Shown here: positions 29,801-37,374 of the stretch, piece after piece
How the letters are laid out: the number at the start of each line of letters is the position of its first letter
Position numbering within the stretch: position 1 is the stretch's first letter
IMG/VR virus record: IMGVR_UViG_2778261223_000007
Span: 12,132-76,131 of that record
Source of the DNA: a virus
Taxonomy: Duplodnaviria > Heunggongvirae > Uroviricota > Caudoviricetes
Length of the DNA stretch: 64,000 bases
Reading direction: 5' to 3' (one strand)
The notes under the pieces: model-generated
The model's database searches: none
What the model saw: only the letters and a program-made list of their open reading frames with translations
Told to the model about the DNA's origin: nothing
Program-made: the position numbers and the translations under genes

Positions 29801-30721
29801 TTCCGCAAACCGTCCGGAGAAGGTCTGGAATCATTCTGGAGGACCGTGCTGGCATACCGTTTATTCCAGGGCAGGATGAAAGCCTTTAGCAATATCGATG
29901 ATATTGAACGGATGTTTAATCAGGTCAAGATCGCGAAAATTAAGGCGAAGATCGAAAAAACACGTTCTGCGCTGGTGGCCTGGCGCGATGCATTGTTTGA
30001 GCAATATAAATCACTCAGTGATGCAGATGGATGGGCGGCATTGGAACAGCTGGCGAATAATGGGGTAGATGGAGCGAAACTCGCCATTGTTCAGGCTGAT
30101 AACCCCCTGGAATCACCGGCAGCACAGTGGATTAAGGTGGGGGCTGTCATCAATGCATTTGATGAAAAACACATTAGTAAGGACGATTTTGCTGATGCTG
30201 TTTCTGTTAATCGCCTGGTAGAAATGGCTACCCGCCGCGCCCGTGAGTTGAAAGACGGCGACTATGTGAATGAGTTGCCGGATACGCTCAAATCGGCAAC
30301 GTGGCAGGACTATGTATCGCTGAAAAACGGCGGGGCCACTGAATCAGAGATCGCGGAAAGGCTTGAGCAGGCTGAAAGCAAAAGAGAAGAGCAGGCGGCA
30401 GTGGCTGAAGCCAGAGCTGATGAAGCGGCGAATGATGACTATATCATTGTGGTTAATGATAAGCCGATTCGCGCTAAGGCGCGTGTTCGCGGGCGCTGGT
30501 GGAGCGTCAGCGAGGACGTTGGCGCGGTTTATCTCATTGCCGACCAACCAGGTTCCTCGACAATACGGAACGCCAAAGACGCGATTAAGAAGATTGGCGG
30601 GCGTTTCTGGAATTTTGAAGCAAACCCGGTTGCTGATGTGAACTTTGACCGTCCTGCATGGATGGTATCTACGCGTTACTCGGTAGATGAACTGCGTAAA
30701 ATAATCGCCGATGCGGCCTAA
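23885..30721 (+). CDS. darB: DarB-like antirestriction protein: N6-adenine methyltransferase-like N-terminal domain plus SF2 helicase-like domain
   Basis: 2278 aa, TTG start with GAGGGGG RBS; MTase-like NVPFGEG motif; helicase Walker A GFGTGLGKTT, DEGHNYRN box, motif VI QRNGRGARVG; size matches P1 DarB. Confidence 0.8.
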   Translation: MDKLLHSISEASSLGELIEIVSRLHKLRAVATFGVRKADGVSIQKTRRAANNAAVNLLNSLPPGFDGAKLTDEQRQILAGYTGEGGLTDGEGSQYEYYTPQFMAEGIWDLFADYGIDGGHVLEPSAGTGIFQETKRQGMIMTSAELSPISGRINQLLHPEDDVNIGAFEALAAKDAMYDHAVGNVPFGEGRSGVAGLDPAYANEKNVGNYFVLRTIDKVKPGGLIVLVVPNGMTDGTKYKKLRDKVSRKAEFLGAHRMPSGTFSESGTDTVVDVWVLRKHPETFLEMIPDTDDSTLKSANVLWDTFLKGKWFTTEGKRFVYGDMERASFRNTLVVKKDGRVSNESMKTALSRRFDSRINWDLLGVTTQAWQGAKVGDKRLVGGIWHEFDGLKWVKDTTTKSSALDVSRYGVSTFGDLQIAFQSTNGILALSWDQISAIASDYPSVVSDEVAAMIRFAGKQREKDRERVMRGALIGQLINKALDLRNLGVNVDDKLADASRLAAAEVAKYGPPHAIKLNGLAEAGAKNWMTFTGNVKQDGSTSDLLAGRLDVTDGAAGIDFTRPEQVIAHLFSDVALNPITLGDFREAFAGELPEDDDAALEYLAKFDDIAIDGYGCLLPMDRATSGDVATKTALLVGWRDASTGEQKANFERQLAKIEEKRIFTPLNKVTVNLNARWLDRRLIKEFLAEQGYDEFKYTEPDLKVVDGILVSPDDYEGKDGVFTGYQLRTVNGKNGNEFKKANNKDGFLNQLENYLNGVKPRGQNANEYLDKIAQLEVSFNDWLRTHPQADQIARDYNDAFNGFIPFTHSDAPLGLEGISGKRIPLTYQNEEVRRLSEDGRGIMGFGTGLGKTTTALALEAYNFETGRTKRTCIVVPKAVYQNWYHEAQSFYSADAFANMMFIGLDEVRDDSGNILTAPVLDENGEPRLDSNGQPLTRNVVKESSSAVIVQRMNMIPSSNWRTVIMTKEQFASIPLREKTIEENSQQAVFNAVEMGRLDLASGKHRDAQKKNKIKDQAANTGTTKKQNIPYFEDMNFDSVIADEGHNYRNSFNAGREAGQLAYLPNPAVSKMARDMAVKAAYMMKRNNGRGVVMLTATPLVNSPIDAFNMLSTVIPQEEWMRMGIITPDDFVRVFGKTATVQVQKISGEVEEKQGLVGFQNLDGLRGIFHRWATLKTAADVGATVKIPDIIENTLQIPMTGEQETAYEELRKRAQELSRNDELTVDENGHITNDKPDDFIFSIIRDMDKVAIDPDLYASAITFQFPVELADQVKAIADALPKVAGGKVADDVDEAEEDGAGGLVSTRTSKVVKTAFSEHPTHVEIRASIELEAEILKAIAAAGIDMQQVSHPIPPKYAALIENLREGLKNGKQIVFIDEKAQHQKLRRIIASALQMPEQEIGIINATTVSQAGGIKLKKVNKPTEPTPNKNGEYKEGAWETYYSKLAQYEDYLSAKNDAGLEGMEGIAADYNEGRTRIIICNKKAEVGINLHIGTTDIHHLTLPWTPASIDQRNGRGARVGSPQEKVNVHYYCGKGTFDDFRLDTLKRKKDWIKMVMTSDMSEIANGDADDADERAIMLAANPEERRAIMARQAQEREERLKLKAQREANNALDIYLKAANAAGKDIGMMETELKSAMEQIEYYQRNLDDLIKAGTNRNGQKYALEQLSSYRKRARVLRFAITRAKDADTIMKRSRGDVERAIKSGVLDISIDVIQNPQEYMRTDKNILLHKGSYYRAVIDDRETTAIVRVEKIDGEKAQYLCRIAWLDRASRYARAPGSIVTLPFDSVIEAVTFEEGVAESRATAARGVQCHQLSTILTRDQFYDAIRNGVMNVIAGKPGNAWGGGSAIKYWAYRTDDGQIALSSAYDGVIGQKIGRASDIAPERWIYPDGNDEALKREVAKIQASDNPLNIVDGEGFLQALYGYDYIQGMQAWGAQATMDDVAQEFENWMAGRGLSGRSLNKVTSEDILSLFRKPSGEGLESFWRTVLAYRLFQGRMKAFSNIDDIERMFNQVKIAKIKAKIEKTRSALVAWRDALFEQYKSLSDADGWAALEQLANNGVDGAKLAIVQADNPLESPAAQWIKVGAVINAFDEKHISKDDFADAVSVNRLVEMATRRARELKDGDYVNELPDTLKSATWQDYVSLKNGGATESEIAERLEQAESKREEQAAVAEARADEAANDDYIIVVNDKPIRAKARVRGRWWSVSEDVGAVYLIADQPGSSTIRNAKDAIKKIGGRFWNFEANPVADVNFDRPAWMVSTRYSVDELRKIIADAA

Positions 30722-30757
30722 CAGATAAGGAGCGGCCCCAACTGGGGCCGAATTTGA

Positions 30758-31192
30758 ATGACGACATTAATTGACACTGTAAAACCGACGGAATCCTACC
30801 TTGAGGACATTTTGCCGCAGGCGCTCAATGGCAGGAGTGAAGAGGCGTTTCTGGATGCATATCTGAATGGCATGGTGGAAAGGCTGAAACGAGATCCACA
30901 GCTTTATCACCTTTATGGGCCGTGGTGGCCTGCGCTTAAAACGTTATTGCTGGAGCGCGGCGACATATCATTTGGACAAGTGGTAGATAGTGATGTGGCA
31001 GAGATCTACAAAATGAGTCGCCCGGCGCTTACGGTTTTGGCTGGGCATCTGTATTCGAGCGATCGCCTGGAAAATGACGCGGTATACAATCCTGTTCATG
31101 CTCTGGAAGTCGCACCTTATGCCGATGATACAGAGCCATACGTGTACACAAGTTACGACGAGTCTATAGAGAAATATCGAATTATGGGGTAG
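30758..31192 (+). CDS. hypothetical protein
   Basis: 144 aa ORF, ATG start 37 bp after darB. Confidence 0.45.
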   Translation: MTTLIDTVKPTESYLEDILPQALNGRSEEAFLDAYLNGMVERLKRDPQLYHLYGPWWPALKTLLLERGDISFGQVVDSDVAEIYKMSRPALTVLAGHLYSSDRLENDAVYNPVHALEVAPYADDTEPYVYTSYDESIEKYRIMG

Positions 31193-31194
31193 CC

Positions 31195-31455
31195 ATGCGA
31201 AAGAATCGTAGGTTTACGGTCGAAGACCTAAAGGAATATTCCATATCGAAGGGGTATATCCTTGAGTTCCACCGATACAAGAAGGTTTTTACGCTGCGAA
31301 AAGCAGAAAACCCTGCGAACTGGAGCTGGATATACTTTCCTCACACCGATGATAAGTTGGTAGAACTTGTTGATGATTTAACCTATGAAGGTTGGTTGAT
31401 CGCAATCGACAAGACAATCAAAGAATTATCCGAACAGGATAAAATAACCCTTTAA
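31195..31455 (+). CDS. hypothetical protein
   Basis: 86 aa ORF closely following upstream gene. Confidence 0.4.
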   Translation: MRKNRRFTVEDLKEYSISKGYILEFHRYKKVFTLRKAENPANWSWIYFPHTDDKLVELVDDLTYEGWLIAIDKTIKELSEQDKITL

Positions 31456-31777
31456 AAATAACAGGTTGGGTAAATGCCATGCGATTTACCCTCCTTGTTG
31501 ATTAAGGTCGCTCTTTACTCTAAAAGCAAATCCGACCTGTTGCATATAGACCATCCTTGAGTAGTATCTCTCTTGTTTTACAAATCTAACGTTGTTGTTA
31601 TTATTTCGCATATTTACTATCAATTGGTGTGTTAGAAAAATAGCGCGAAAGAGAAGGCGTCGCAGTGAATATTCTGAAACATCCCCACATGCCGCAGCTC
31701 TTAGAGAACTGGAGAAAAACCCAGATCTAATCAAAAGGAACCATGAGCATTACGAGCAGGTTCGCGTCCTGGACTGG

Positions 31778-32086
31778 ATGTATCGCAATATGCGTTATGT
31801 GTATGAGCATACTCACGCCACTCCAAACGGTGGCCTGCGAGGCATAAGGACGGCAATAAAAATGGTGGCAGAGGGCCAAAAGAAGGGATATCCCGATCTT
31901 TCTATAGACCTTGCTTGTGGGGGATACCACGGAATGCGCATTGAGATGAAACATGGGAGAAATCGCCTGACTCCCGAACAACTCGTCTGGATGACTCGCC
32001 TCACAGAAGCCGGTTACTACTGCTTTGAGGCGCGCAGTGCCGCTGAAGCCATAAAAGCTATCACGGAGTATGTTTGTCTTGATTAA
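31778..32086 (+). CDS. VRR-NUC domain nuclease (PD-(D/E)xK); N-terminus uncertain, frame open upstream to 31592
   Basis: GYPDLSIDLACGGYHGMRIEMKHGRNRLTPEQLVWM matches the VRR-NUC core (PDL...E.K...Q..W). Confidence 0.55.
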   Translation: MYRNMRYVYEHTHATPNGGLRGIRTAIKMVAEGQKKGYPDLSIDLACGGYHGMRIEMKHGRNRLTPEQLVWMTRLTEAGYYCFEARSAAEAIKAITEYVCLD

Positions 32087-32100
32087 ACGGAGAAATCGTT

Positions 32101-32301
32101 TTGCGTTTACATAACGTGGCAGAACTTATCCCTGCAGGAACTAATGCTATCGCTCGTCGTCGCTCATGGCAGCAGGCTCTATGTATTGAGATCTCGAAAC
32201 GTATCAATGGAAGTTTTGAAGCTCGCAATATTGTTACTGGCGATAAGGTTCACATAACCCCGGAAAGTGCAAGCGCTGATGATTGGGAGTTTGTACATTG
32301 A
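32101..32301 (+). CDS. small protein with DUF2829-like C-terminal motif
   Basis: 66 aa; AIARRRSW ... SASADDWEFVH resembles the R..W / D.W pattern of the other DUF2829-like ORFs; non-ATG start. Confidence 0.3.
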   Translation: MRLHNVAELIPAGTNAIARRRSWQQALCIEISKRINGSFEARNIVTGDKVHITPESASADDWEFVH

Positions 32302-32597
32302 GCAAAAAATATTATGTGAGTCTGGCGTTCGCTGACGATGCGGGGAGGACGCGGAGTATCACGTTGAGCACACCGGTTCAGGCTGTGACAGCGCCGTTAA
32401 TCCGTGAAGCTCTCAGAGAGCTGGAATTGGGTGAAAACTCGGCACTGTTGTCGGTTAGTTGGTTAGGGAAAATGTCAGAGAAACAATACGTGGATGGAGT
32501 TACCCCAATAACAGTAATGAGGCTACTTTCATTGCTGCAATGGGCCATCGTACCTGTATTTATCGCGTATCTTATTTATCAGGCTGCAACACAGTAA
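32283..32597 (+). CDS. tail-anchored membrane protein, hypothetical
   Basis: 104 aa; C-terminal hydrophobic helix LLSLLQWAIVPVFIAYLIY; rho-independent terminator follows. Confidence 0.4.
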   Translation: MGVCTLSKKYYVSLAFADDAGRTRSITLSTPVQAVTAPLIREALRELELGENSALLSVSWLGKMSEKQYVDGVTPITVMRLLSLLQWAIVPVFIAYLIYQAATQ

Positions 32598-32604
32598 TTG
32601 CATA

Positions 32605-32632
32605 AAAACCCGCCAATTAGCGGGTTTTTTGT
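32605..32632 (+). terminator. rho-independent terminator
   Basis: AAAACCCGC-CAATTA-GCGGGTTTT followed by a T-run. Confidence 0.65.
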
Positions 32633-32670
32633 TTATTGCATCTTCCGATACCGTCATCAAACTAATAAAA

Positions 32671-32689
32671 TATGTTAGAAAACTAATTT
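32671..32689 (-). promoter_or_regulatory. operator-like motif (rc AAATTAGTTTTCTAACATA)
   Basis: Motif family member; 20 bp upstream of the 32711 gene. Confidence 0.5.
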
Positions 32690-32710
32690 AACAAAGTGAC
32701 GGGAACAGCA

Positions 32711-33919
32711 ATGAGTCAACACACTGATACTTCTAATCTGGAAATTATCTCGACAGCAATTGAAACGCTGCGCACACAAATCGCTCTTATACAGAAACGG
32801 AATCCTGGTGATGACCTGTCAAAGCGACTGCACGAGAGTGTCATTGCCACTACAGATAACCTGGTGGCGGAAATCAACAAGCTGCTTGATGATGGGGCAG
32901 TTGATTACAATAAGCTGGTGGATCAGTTTGAGGAATACCAACAAGCCGTTAATGATGGCTTGATCCGTTTTTCACAAGTCACAGGCGTATCAGCGACAGT
33001 TGAAAGCCTGGGTGATGCAGTTAATCAATTTGCCACGAATATGCGTAATGAGATCGGCAATCTGGAAGCGCGTCTTGAACAGGCAAATACACTGCGTAAA
33101 TCTGCTGAAGCCGATTTGAACCGTTACAAAAAAGACTATCCGCCCACCCTGACAAAGCGGCTGGATGTTGCGGAGAAGGATAACCGCACGCTGAAAAGAG
33201 AGCGCCGGGAACTAAAAGAGCGTTTAACCAAGCTCAATCAGCAATGCATTGATTATCAAGGCGAAGGCGTCACACTGCGTAAAAAGTTGGCTACAGCGCA
33301 GAGCATTATCGAAACATTAAAGCGAGAGTGCTCACAGCTTGGTCACGATCTGAACCGTGCTTGTGGCATGGGACAAAGACCAGAGACATTTCCACTTATG
33401 TATGACGGAAGGGATGCCATTGCCTACATCCATGAGTATCCGCACGGCCTGGTTGCGGAAACTGGGCAGCGTGGCGAAGCACTGCTGACGGCTAATTACC
33501 ATCAACAAATCAGAACCAATCGCCTGTTAACGATGGATGTGATCCCATCGGTATGGGGAACGCCGCTTTACTATCGCCTGCCGGGCTTCGAAAAGGACTG
33601 GAATACCGACATAGACGAATGTCTCGCAGATAAAATTATGGCGTACCTGGAGACGGATTTTCCGCGCTTATATCGCCGGATTATGGACTCAAAGGATGCG
33701 CCAATCGATGAATTAAAAATGCGTCCGGAGACGCTGGAGGCAATCAAGCAGACGGAGTTTGATACTGTATTCAGTGTGGCCTGCATTCCAAGCTGTTTCC
33801 ATGAAAGCATTCCGTTCATGCAAGGAGATCGTCGTCAGGAAATCATTGACGCTTGCCGGGTATGGGCGAACGAATGGGATAAGAAGAATGGGGGTGTAGA
33901 AGATCTTTACGGGAAGTAA
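32711..33919 (+). CDS. hypothetical coiled-coil protein, bracketed by operator-like motifs
   Basis: ~403 aa from the ATG at 32711 (frame opens at GTG 32696); operator-like motifs at 32671..32689 and 33919..33938. Confidence 0.5.
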   Translation: MSQHTDTSNLEIISTAIETLRTQIALIQKRNPGDDLSKRLHESVIATTDNLVAEINKLLDDGAVDYNKLVDQFEEYQQAVNDGLIRFSQVTGVSATVESLGDAVNQFATNMRNEIGNLEARLEQANTLRKSAEADLNRYKKDYPPTLTKRLDVAEKDNRTLKRERRELKERLTKLNQQCIDYQGEGVTLRKKLATAQSIIETLKRECSQLGHDLNRACGMGQRPETFPLMYDGRDAIAYIHEYPHGLVAETGQRGEALLTANYHQQIRTNRLLTMDVIPSVWGTPLYYRLPGFEKDWNTDIDECLADKIMAYLETDFPRLYRRIMDSKDAPIDELKMRPETLEAIKQTEFDTVFSVACIPSCFHESIPFMQGDRRQEIIDACRVWANEWDKKNGGVEDLYGK

Positions 33920-33938
33920 TGTGTTAGAAATCTAAAAT
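33919..33938 (-). promoter_or_regulatory. operator-like motif (rc ATTTTAGATTTCTAACACAT)
   Basis: Motif family member; at the stop of the 32711..33919 gene. Confidence 0.45.
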
Positions 33939-35153
33939 CACAATTCGAATGTGTTGATTGTGAAGGTAACTTAACATAGAATTTTCCTTGCTGGTGGGCG
34001 GTACCCACGTTTCGCTTGCTGGGCTTGATAGTCACTTATTGGTTATTGTTCGCCCACCAGCATTTAACAAATTAAAGCGTTAGAAAAGTATAGTAACGCA
34101 AGAGCACGCTTTGGCACTGTGCAGGCAAAAGTTCAGCAGGTTTAGTGCGGAAAGTGGTTTCAGAGAGAGCACTTTGCGGAGTAAACGACAATACATGTTG
34201 AGCCACGGAAGGTCTTTTTAAGGTGTTCATTGATGATGGTCCGGCAGAGAGTAACGGTACATGCTGCATCTAATCATCAATGCACATCTTCAACATTAAG
34301 GAGGCATAGGGATTTTTGTGGCGGTTACCTTTTGCCCTGAGTCTCCTTAATGTTGCAGTAATGCACCTATGCGGATGTGGCCTTGCATTGTGTCTTGAAA
34401 GAATGGGGTAAGGCCGGGGATATCCCCAGGGGGAGGCACTCCCGCTGCAACGAACAGCCACAGACGGCAGTCGAGTGATGGGAACGTGAAAAGACTTTAA
34501 ACCTCGTTATGGCTGGCGTGGCAAACGCGACAACCGAGACAGAGCGGTGACGGGCGGAGAGAGTGCCGCATCAAGAAAGAAGCCGACTTGTGATCCCTTT
34601 CAGCGGGCATTTGAAAGTGAATCCAACTCAGGCAGTCGGCTTCTTTCTTGTGTGAGATGTAGCGTATTTGCCCATCTTCGGGTGGGCTTTTTTAGGGTTT
34701 TCGTCATGGTTAGCGACTTTGCGGCGGTTTAGAAACCGACCATTAAAGTAAATGCAAACGATGATCTGATGATGGTAGCGGCCTAAGAAGCCAGACGCCA
34801 CGGGGTATGAGTCGTCCCCCGTCAAAAAATCGACCGCAGAGTGTCCCCGTCTGTGTATTAGGGAACGGGGAGGCATAACAGGCAAGGGCGCTGGTGTGAT
34901 TAACCAGATGAATGAGAAGGGTCAGGTCTTTCTGGTCAGCGCCCTTACCTGTTACGTCCCTCCCGCGTAACAGCCATTGCTTAATGGCATCCTGGGGGAA
35001 TTTCTTGTAACGGGTATATCCCGTCATGCTGAAGGCGCTAATCACGCTGGAAGCCAGGGTTGTGCATCCCCTGTTACCGAATTGCAGCCAGGGCGCGGTG
35101 CGCCGAAAAGCATACGGAGGTGGAAGCCCTCGCCGGAGACGTACCCGGCAAGT

Positions 35154-35229
35154 GATGGTGTAGCTCAGCGGTTAGAGCGGTTGACTGTTAATCAACGGGT
35201 CGATGGTTCAAATCCATCCACCATCGCCA
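35154..35229 (+). tRNA. tRNA-Asn (anticodon GTT)
   Basis: 76 nt; acceptor stem GATGGTG/CACCATC, anticodon loop CTGTTAA, T-loop TTCAAAT, 3' CCA encoded. Confidence 0.85.
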
Positions 35230-35231
35230 AT

Positions 35232-35307
35232 GCCGGTTTAGCTCAGTTGGTAGAGCGCCTGCCTTGTAAGCAGGATGTCAGCGGTTCGAGTCCGTTAATC
35301 GGCACCA
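35232..35307 (+). tRNA. tRNA-Thr (anticodon TGT)
   Basis: 76 nt; GCCGGTTTAGCTCAGTTGGTAGAGC..., anticodon loop CTTGTAA, T-loop TTCGAGT, 3' CCA. Confidence 0.85.
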
Positions 35308-35308
35308 G

Positions 35309-35395
35309 CACAACAGGTAAGGGTATTTTGCGACGTCGGAGATCGCCGAGCTTGGCAGAGGGTTCGAATCCCTACGAAGTACCCTTACCGTTGTG
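35309..35395 (+). ncRNA. tRNA-like element: T-arm consensus (GGTTCGAATCC) inside an extended 16-bp hairpin
   Basis: Arms CACAACAGGTAAGGGTA and TACCCTTACCGTTGTG are reverse complements; cannot be folded into a canonical cloverleaf by eye. Confidence 0.3.
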
Positions 35396-35772
35396 ATGAA
35401 GTGCAGCTCTTTGAAGCAACCAGAAGATAAGCATCTGGCTTCACAACATAAACCGCAGGAACGACCAATAAACGGTAGTCCGTACGGAGAACACCCCGTT
35501 GAGGAAGAGGCCTGGCCGGAACCGTAACCGGCACTACAACGTTGAGAACACTGGCGTAACGGGGTCATATCCCAATCTACGAATAAATGTTGCGTTGCAG
35601 CGTGACAACCAGTGTTCTCAACGTTGTGGTGGATTCGCAGGCTGATGCGATAGCTTTCTTGGATGTTAGGGAAATGCGGCCGCAAATCTTCCCTTTCGCG
35701 AGCGGTGATCGTCCGTAGTCCTAATTGGCTGCACCGTATGCCGGAGATTCAGTACCGGCCACCACAACGGCC

Positions 35773-35859
35773 GGAGAGTAGGGCGCATGGTGCTCAAGCG
35801 GTCTTGAAAACCGTCCCATTGCGCAAGCGATGATGGTTCGATTCCATTACTCTCCGCCA
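35773..35859 (+). tRNA. type II tRNA, Ser-like (anticodon TGA), possibly degenerate D-arm
   Basis: 87 nt; acceptor GGAGAGT/ACTCTCC + G + CCA; anticodon arm GCGGTCTTGAAAACCGT resembles E. coli serT; long variable arm; T-loop TTCGATT. Confidence 0.5.
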
Positions 35860-36126
35860 GCGCAACGTTAAGAGTATTTGGCTAATTAAGCGAATGCCGG
35901 AAGCAGAACCGGATCACCAAATGCGTACAGGCGTCATCGCCGCCCAGCCAGCCAAGTGCTCTTACCATTGCGGTGAATGCGGCTAAGCGCACGCGGAACA
36001 GTTAAAACAATCCTCCTTAGTGGTTAAGTCAAAAATCCCGGCGTTAATTGTTAACTGGTTAACGTCACCTGGAGGCACCAGGCACCGCAACCTAATAAAT
36101 ACGTCATGTTTATTGAGGGATAACCA

Positions 36127-36561
36127 ATGTTCGGTAAATTTTTCGGTAAGAAAGTCGCTTCAGCAAAAGTAGAGCTGAAAAGGGTTGAGAATCGCGATCT
36201 GATGGAGGCCATTATCGGTGGCTGTTTGTTGGTGTCTGCCGCAGATGGTGAAATCGAAAAGGAAGAAACAGCGAAACTTGATCAGCTTGTCCGCTCTAAT
36301 CCTCGCTTAAGTCATTTTGGCAACGAAATTACCGCAACAATCACCCGTTTTACTGAGCAACTGGAAGCTGGTTTCCGTGTTGGTCGCATGAATATCCTTC
36401 GCGAAATTGAAGATATCAAAAATGATCCAAAAGAAGCGGAAGAAGTATTCGTTAACATGCTGACGATTGCAGAAGCGGACGGTGAAATCGAGCCAGCAGA
36501 ACACAAAGTACTGGAAGAAGTAGGCCGTCGTTTGGGCCTTCGTGTGGAAGATTATCTGTAA
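36127..36561 (+). CDS. tciA: TerB-like protein (tellurite-resistance/colicin-immunity family, P1 TciA-like)
   Basis: 144 aa; two repeats of the (A/E)ADGEIE motif (SAADGEIEKEE ... AEADGEIEPAE) typical of TerB; embedded among the tRNAs as in P1. Confidence 0.7.
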   Translation: MFGKFFGKKVASAKVELKRVENRDLMEAIIGGCLLVSAADGEIEKEETAKLDQLVRSNPRLSHFGNEITATITRFTEQLEAGFRVGRMNILREIEDIKNDPKEAEEVFVNMLTIAEADGEIEPAEHKVLEEVGRRLGLRVEDYL

Positions 36562-36725
36562 TGATTGGCAAGGCGCGTATTGCGTGCGCCATTGGTTTTC
36601 TCGTTTTGTCCGTGCTGGTGGATTTCACCAGCAAAGTGATGTCGGTGTTGGCTGATGGGGCACTGGTTTCAGTAGCTGTGGTATTGCTATTGCCGATTAT
36701 TAAAGCTGCGTTCAGGAACTCATGA
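36561..36725 (+). CDS. small hydrophobic protein (TciB-like position)
   Basis: 54 aa, ATG overlaps tciA stop; two predicted transmembrane stretches. Not in ORF track (below 60 aa). Confidence 0.35.
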   Translation: MIGKARIACAIGFLVLSVLVDFTSKVMSVLADGALVSVAVVLLLPIIKAAFRNS

Positions 36726-36835
36726 TGGATTTTTGGACGTATATTGATAAGAACCCTGGATGGTCTTTGCTATTTCTGCTTGTGATCGTATACGGAGTAG
36801 AACAAGTAGCGAAGAATCTCAGGCGTCGAAAATAA
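36722..36835 (+). CDS. small hydrophobic protein (TciC-like position)
   Basis: 37 aa, overlaps upstream stop; MMDFWTYIDKNPGWSLLFLLVIVYGVEQVAKNLRRRK. Confidence 0.3.
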   Translation: MMDFWTYIDKNPGWSLLFLLVIVYGVEQVAKNLRRRK

Positions 36836-36844
36836 AAACTAATT

Positions 36845-36920
36845 GGCCCCTTAGCTCAGTGGTTAGAGCTGGCGACTCATAATCGCACGGTCACCGGTTC
36901 AAGTCCGGTAGGGGCCACCA
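36845..36920 (+). tRNA. tRNA-Ile2 (anticodon CAT, lysidine type) or tRNA-Met
   Basis: 76 nt, near-identical to E. coli ileX over most of its length (GGCCCCTTAGCTCAGTGGTTAGAGC.GGCGACTCATAATCGC...GGTTCAAGTCC...GGGGCCACCA). Confidence 0.85.
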
Positions 36921-37374
36921 TATTTGGTTGTAACACGGCGTCTGGCACATGCGTCGTTAGCGGTCTGGTGACGTTAAAGGGGTTACCTTTTCCCCTAGCT
37001 CAGGCAACAAACCAGGTAGCCGGAATGTGCAAGCCCCGTTCATATCGTCGGACCGAGGATTCACCATCCTGGCGATTCGGTGTGACAGCCGGAAGAGCAC
37101 GGCGCACAACAGGAAAAGGCGTTTAATTAGCGTGAGCGCCGTTTCCGTTGTGGTAATTGCGGCTATGCGCTCGTGACGAAGCCATTTTCATTCACTACGT
37201 TCTGATAAGTGACGTCGCCAGGAGTGGCTAACCTGGCAGGTGGAGGCACCACCGCCACAACTCCTTTCAATTCATCATATAGCCGCTCAGGCTGTACCCC
37301 TTAATTAATACGAAGTTACGACATCACTACCGGCACTTCCGGGGGATAGTCGCGCGTGTAAAAAAGGAGACGTT

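Noticed and set aside
24189-29892. Many antisense and out-of-frame ORFs of 60-280 aa within the darB region in the ORF track
   Set aside because: They lie fully inside the 2278-aa DarB-like reading frame, lack RBS and have no recognisable motifs; the long sense ORF explains the region.
34977-35396. 139-aa ORF overlapping the tRNA cluster
   Set aside because: It runs through tRNA-Asn and tRNA-Thr; the tRNAs are the real features.
37308-37318. 11-nt exact match (ATACGAAGTTA) to one arm of the P1 loxP site
   Set aside because: No inverted partner arm or 8-bp spacer nearby, so it is not a lox site; probably chance (about 0.03 expected in this window) or a remnant. The functional site of this element is the rox-type site at 42988..43019.
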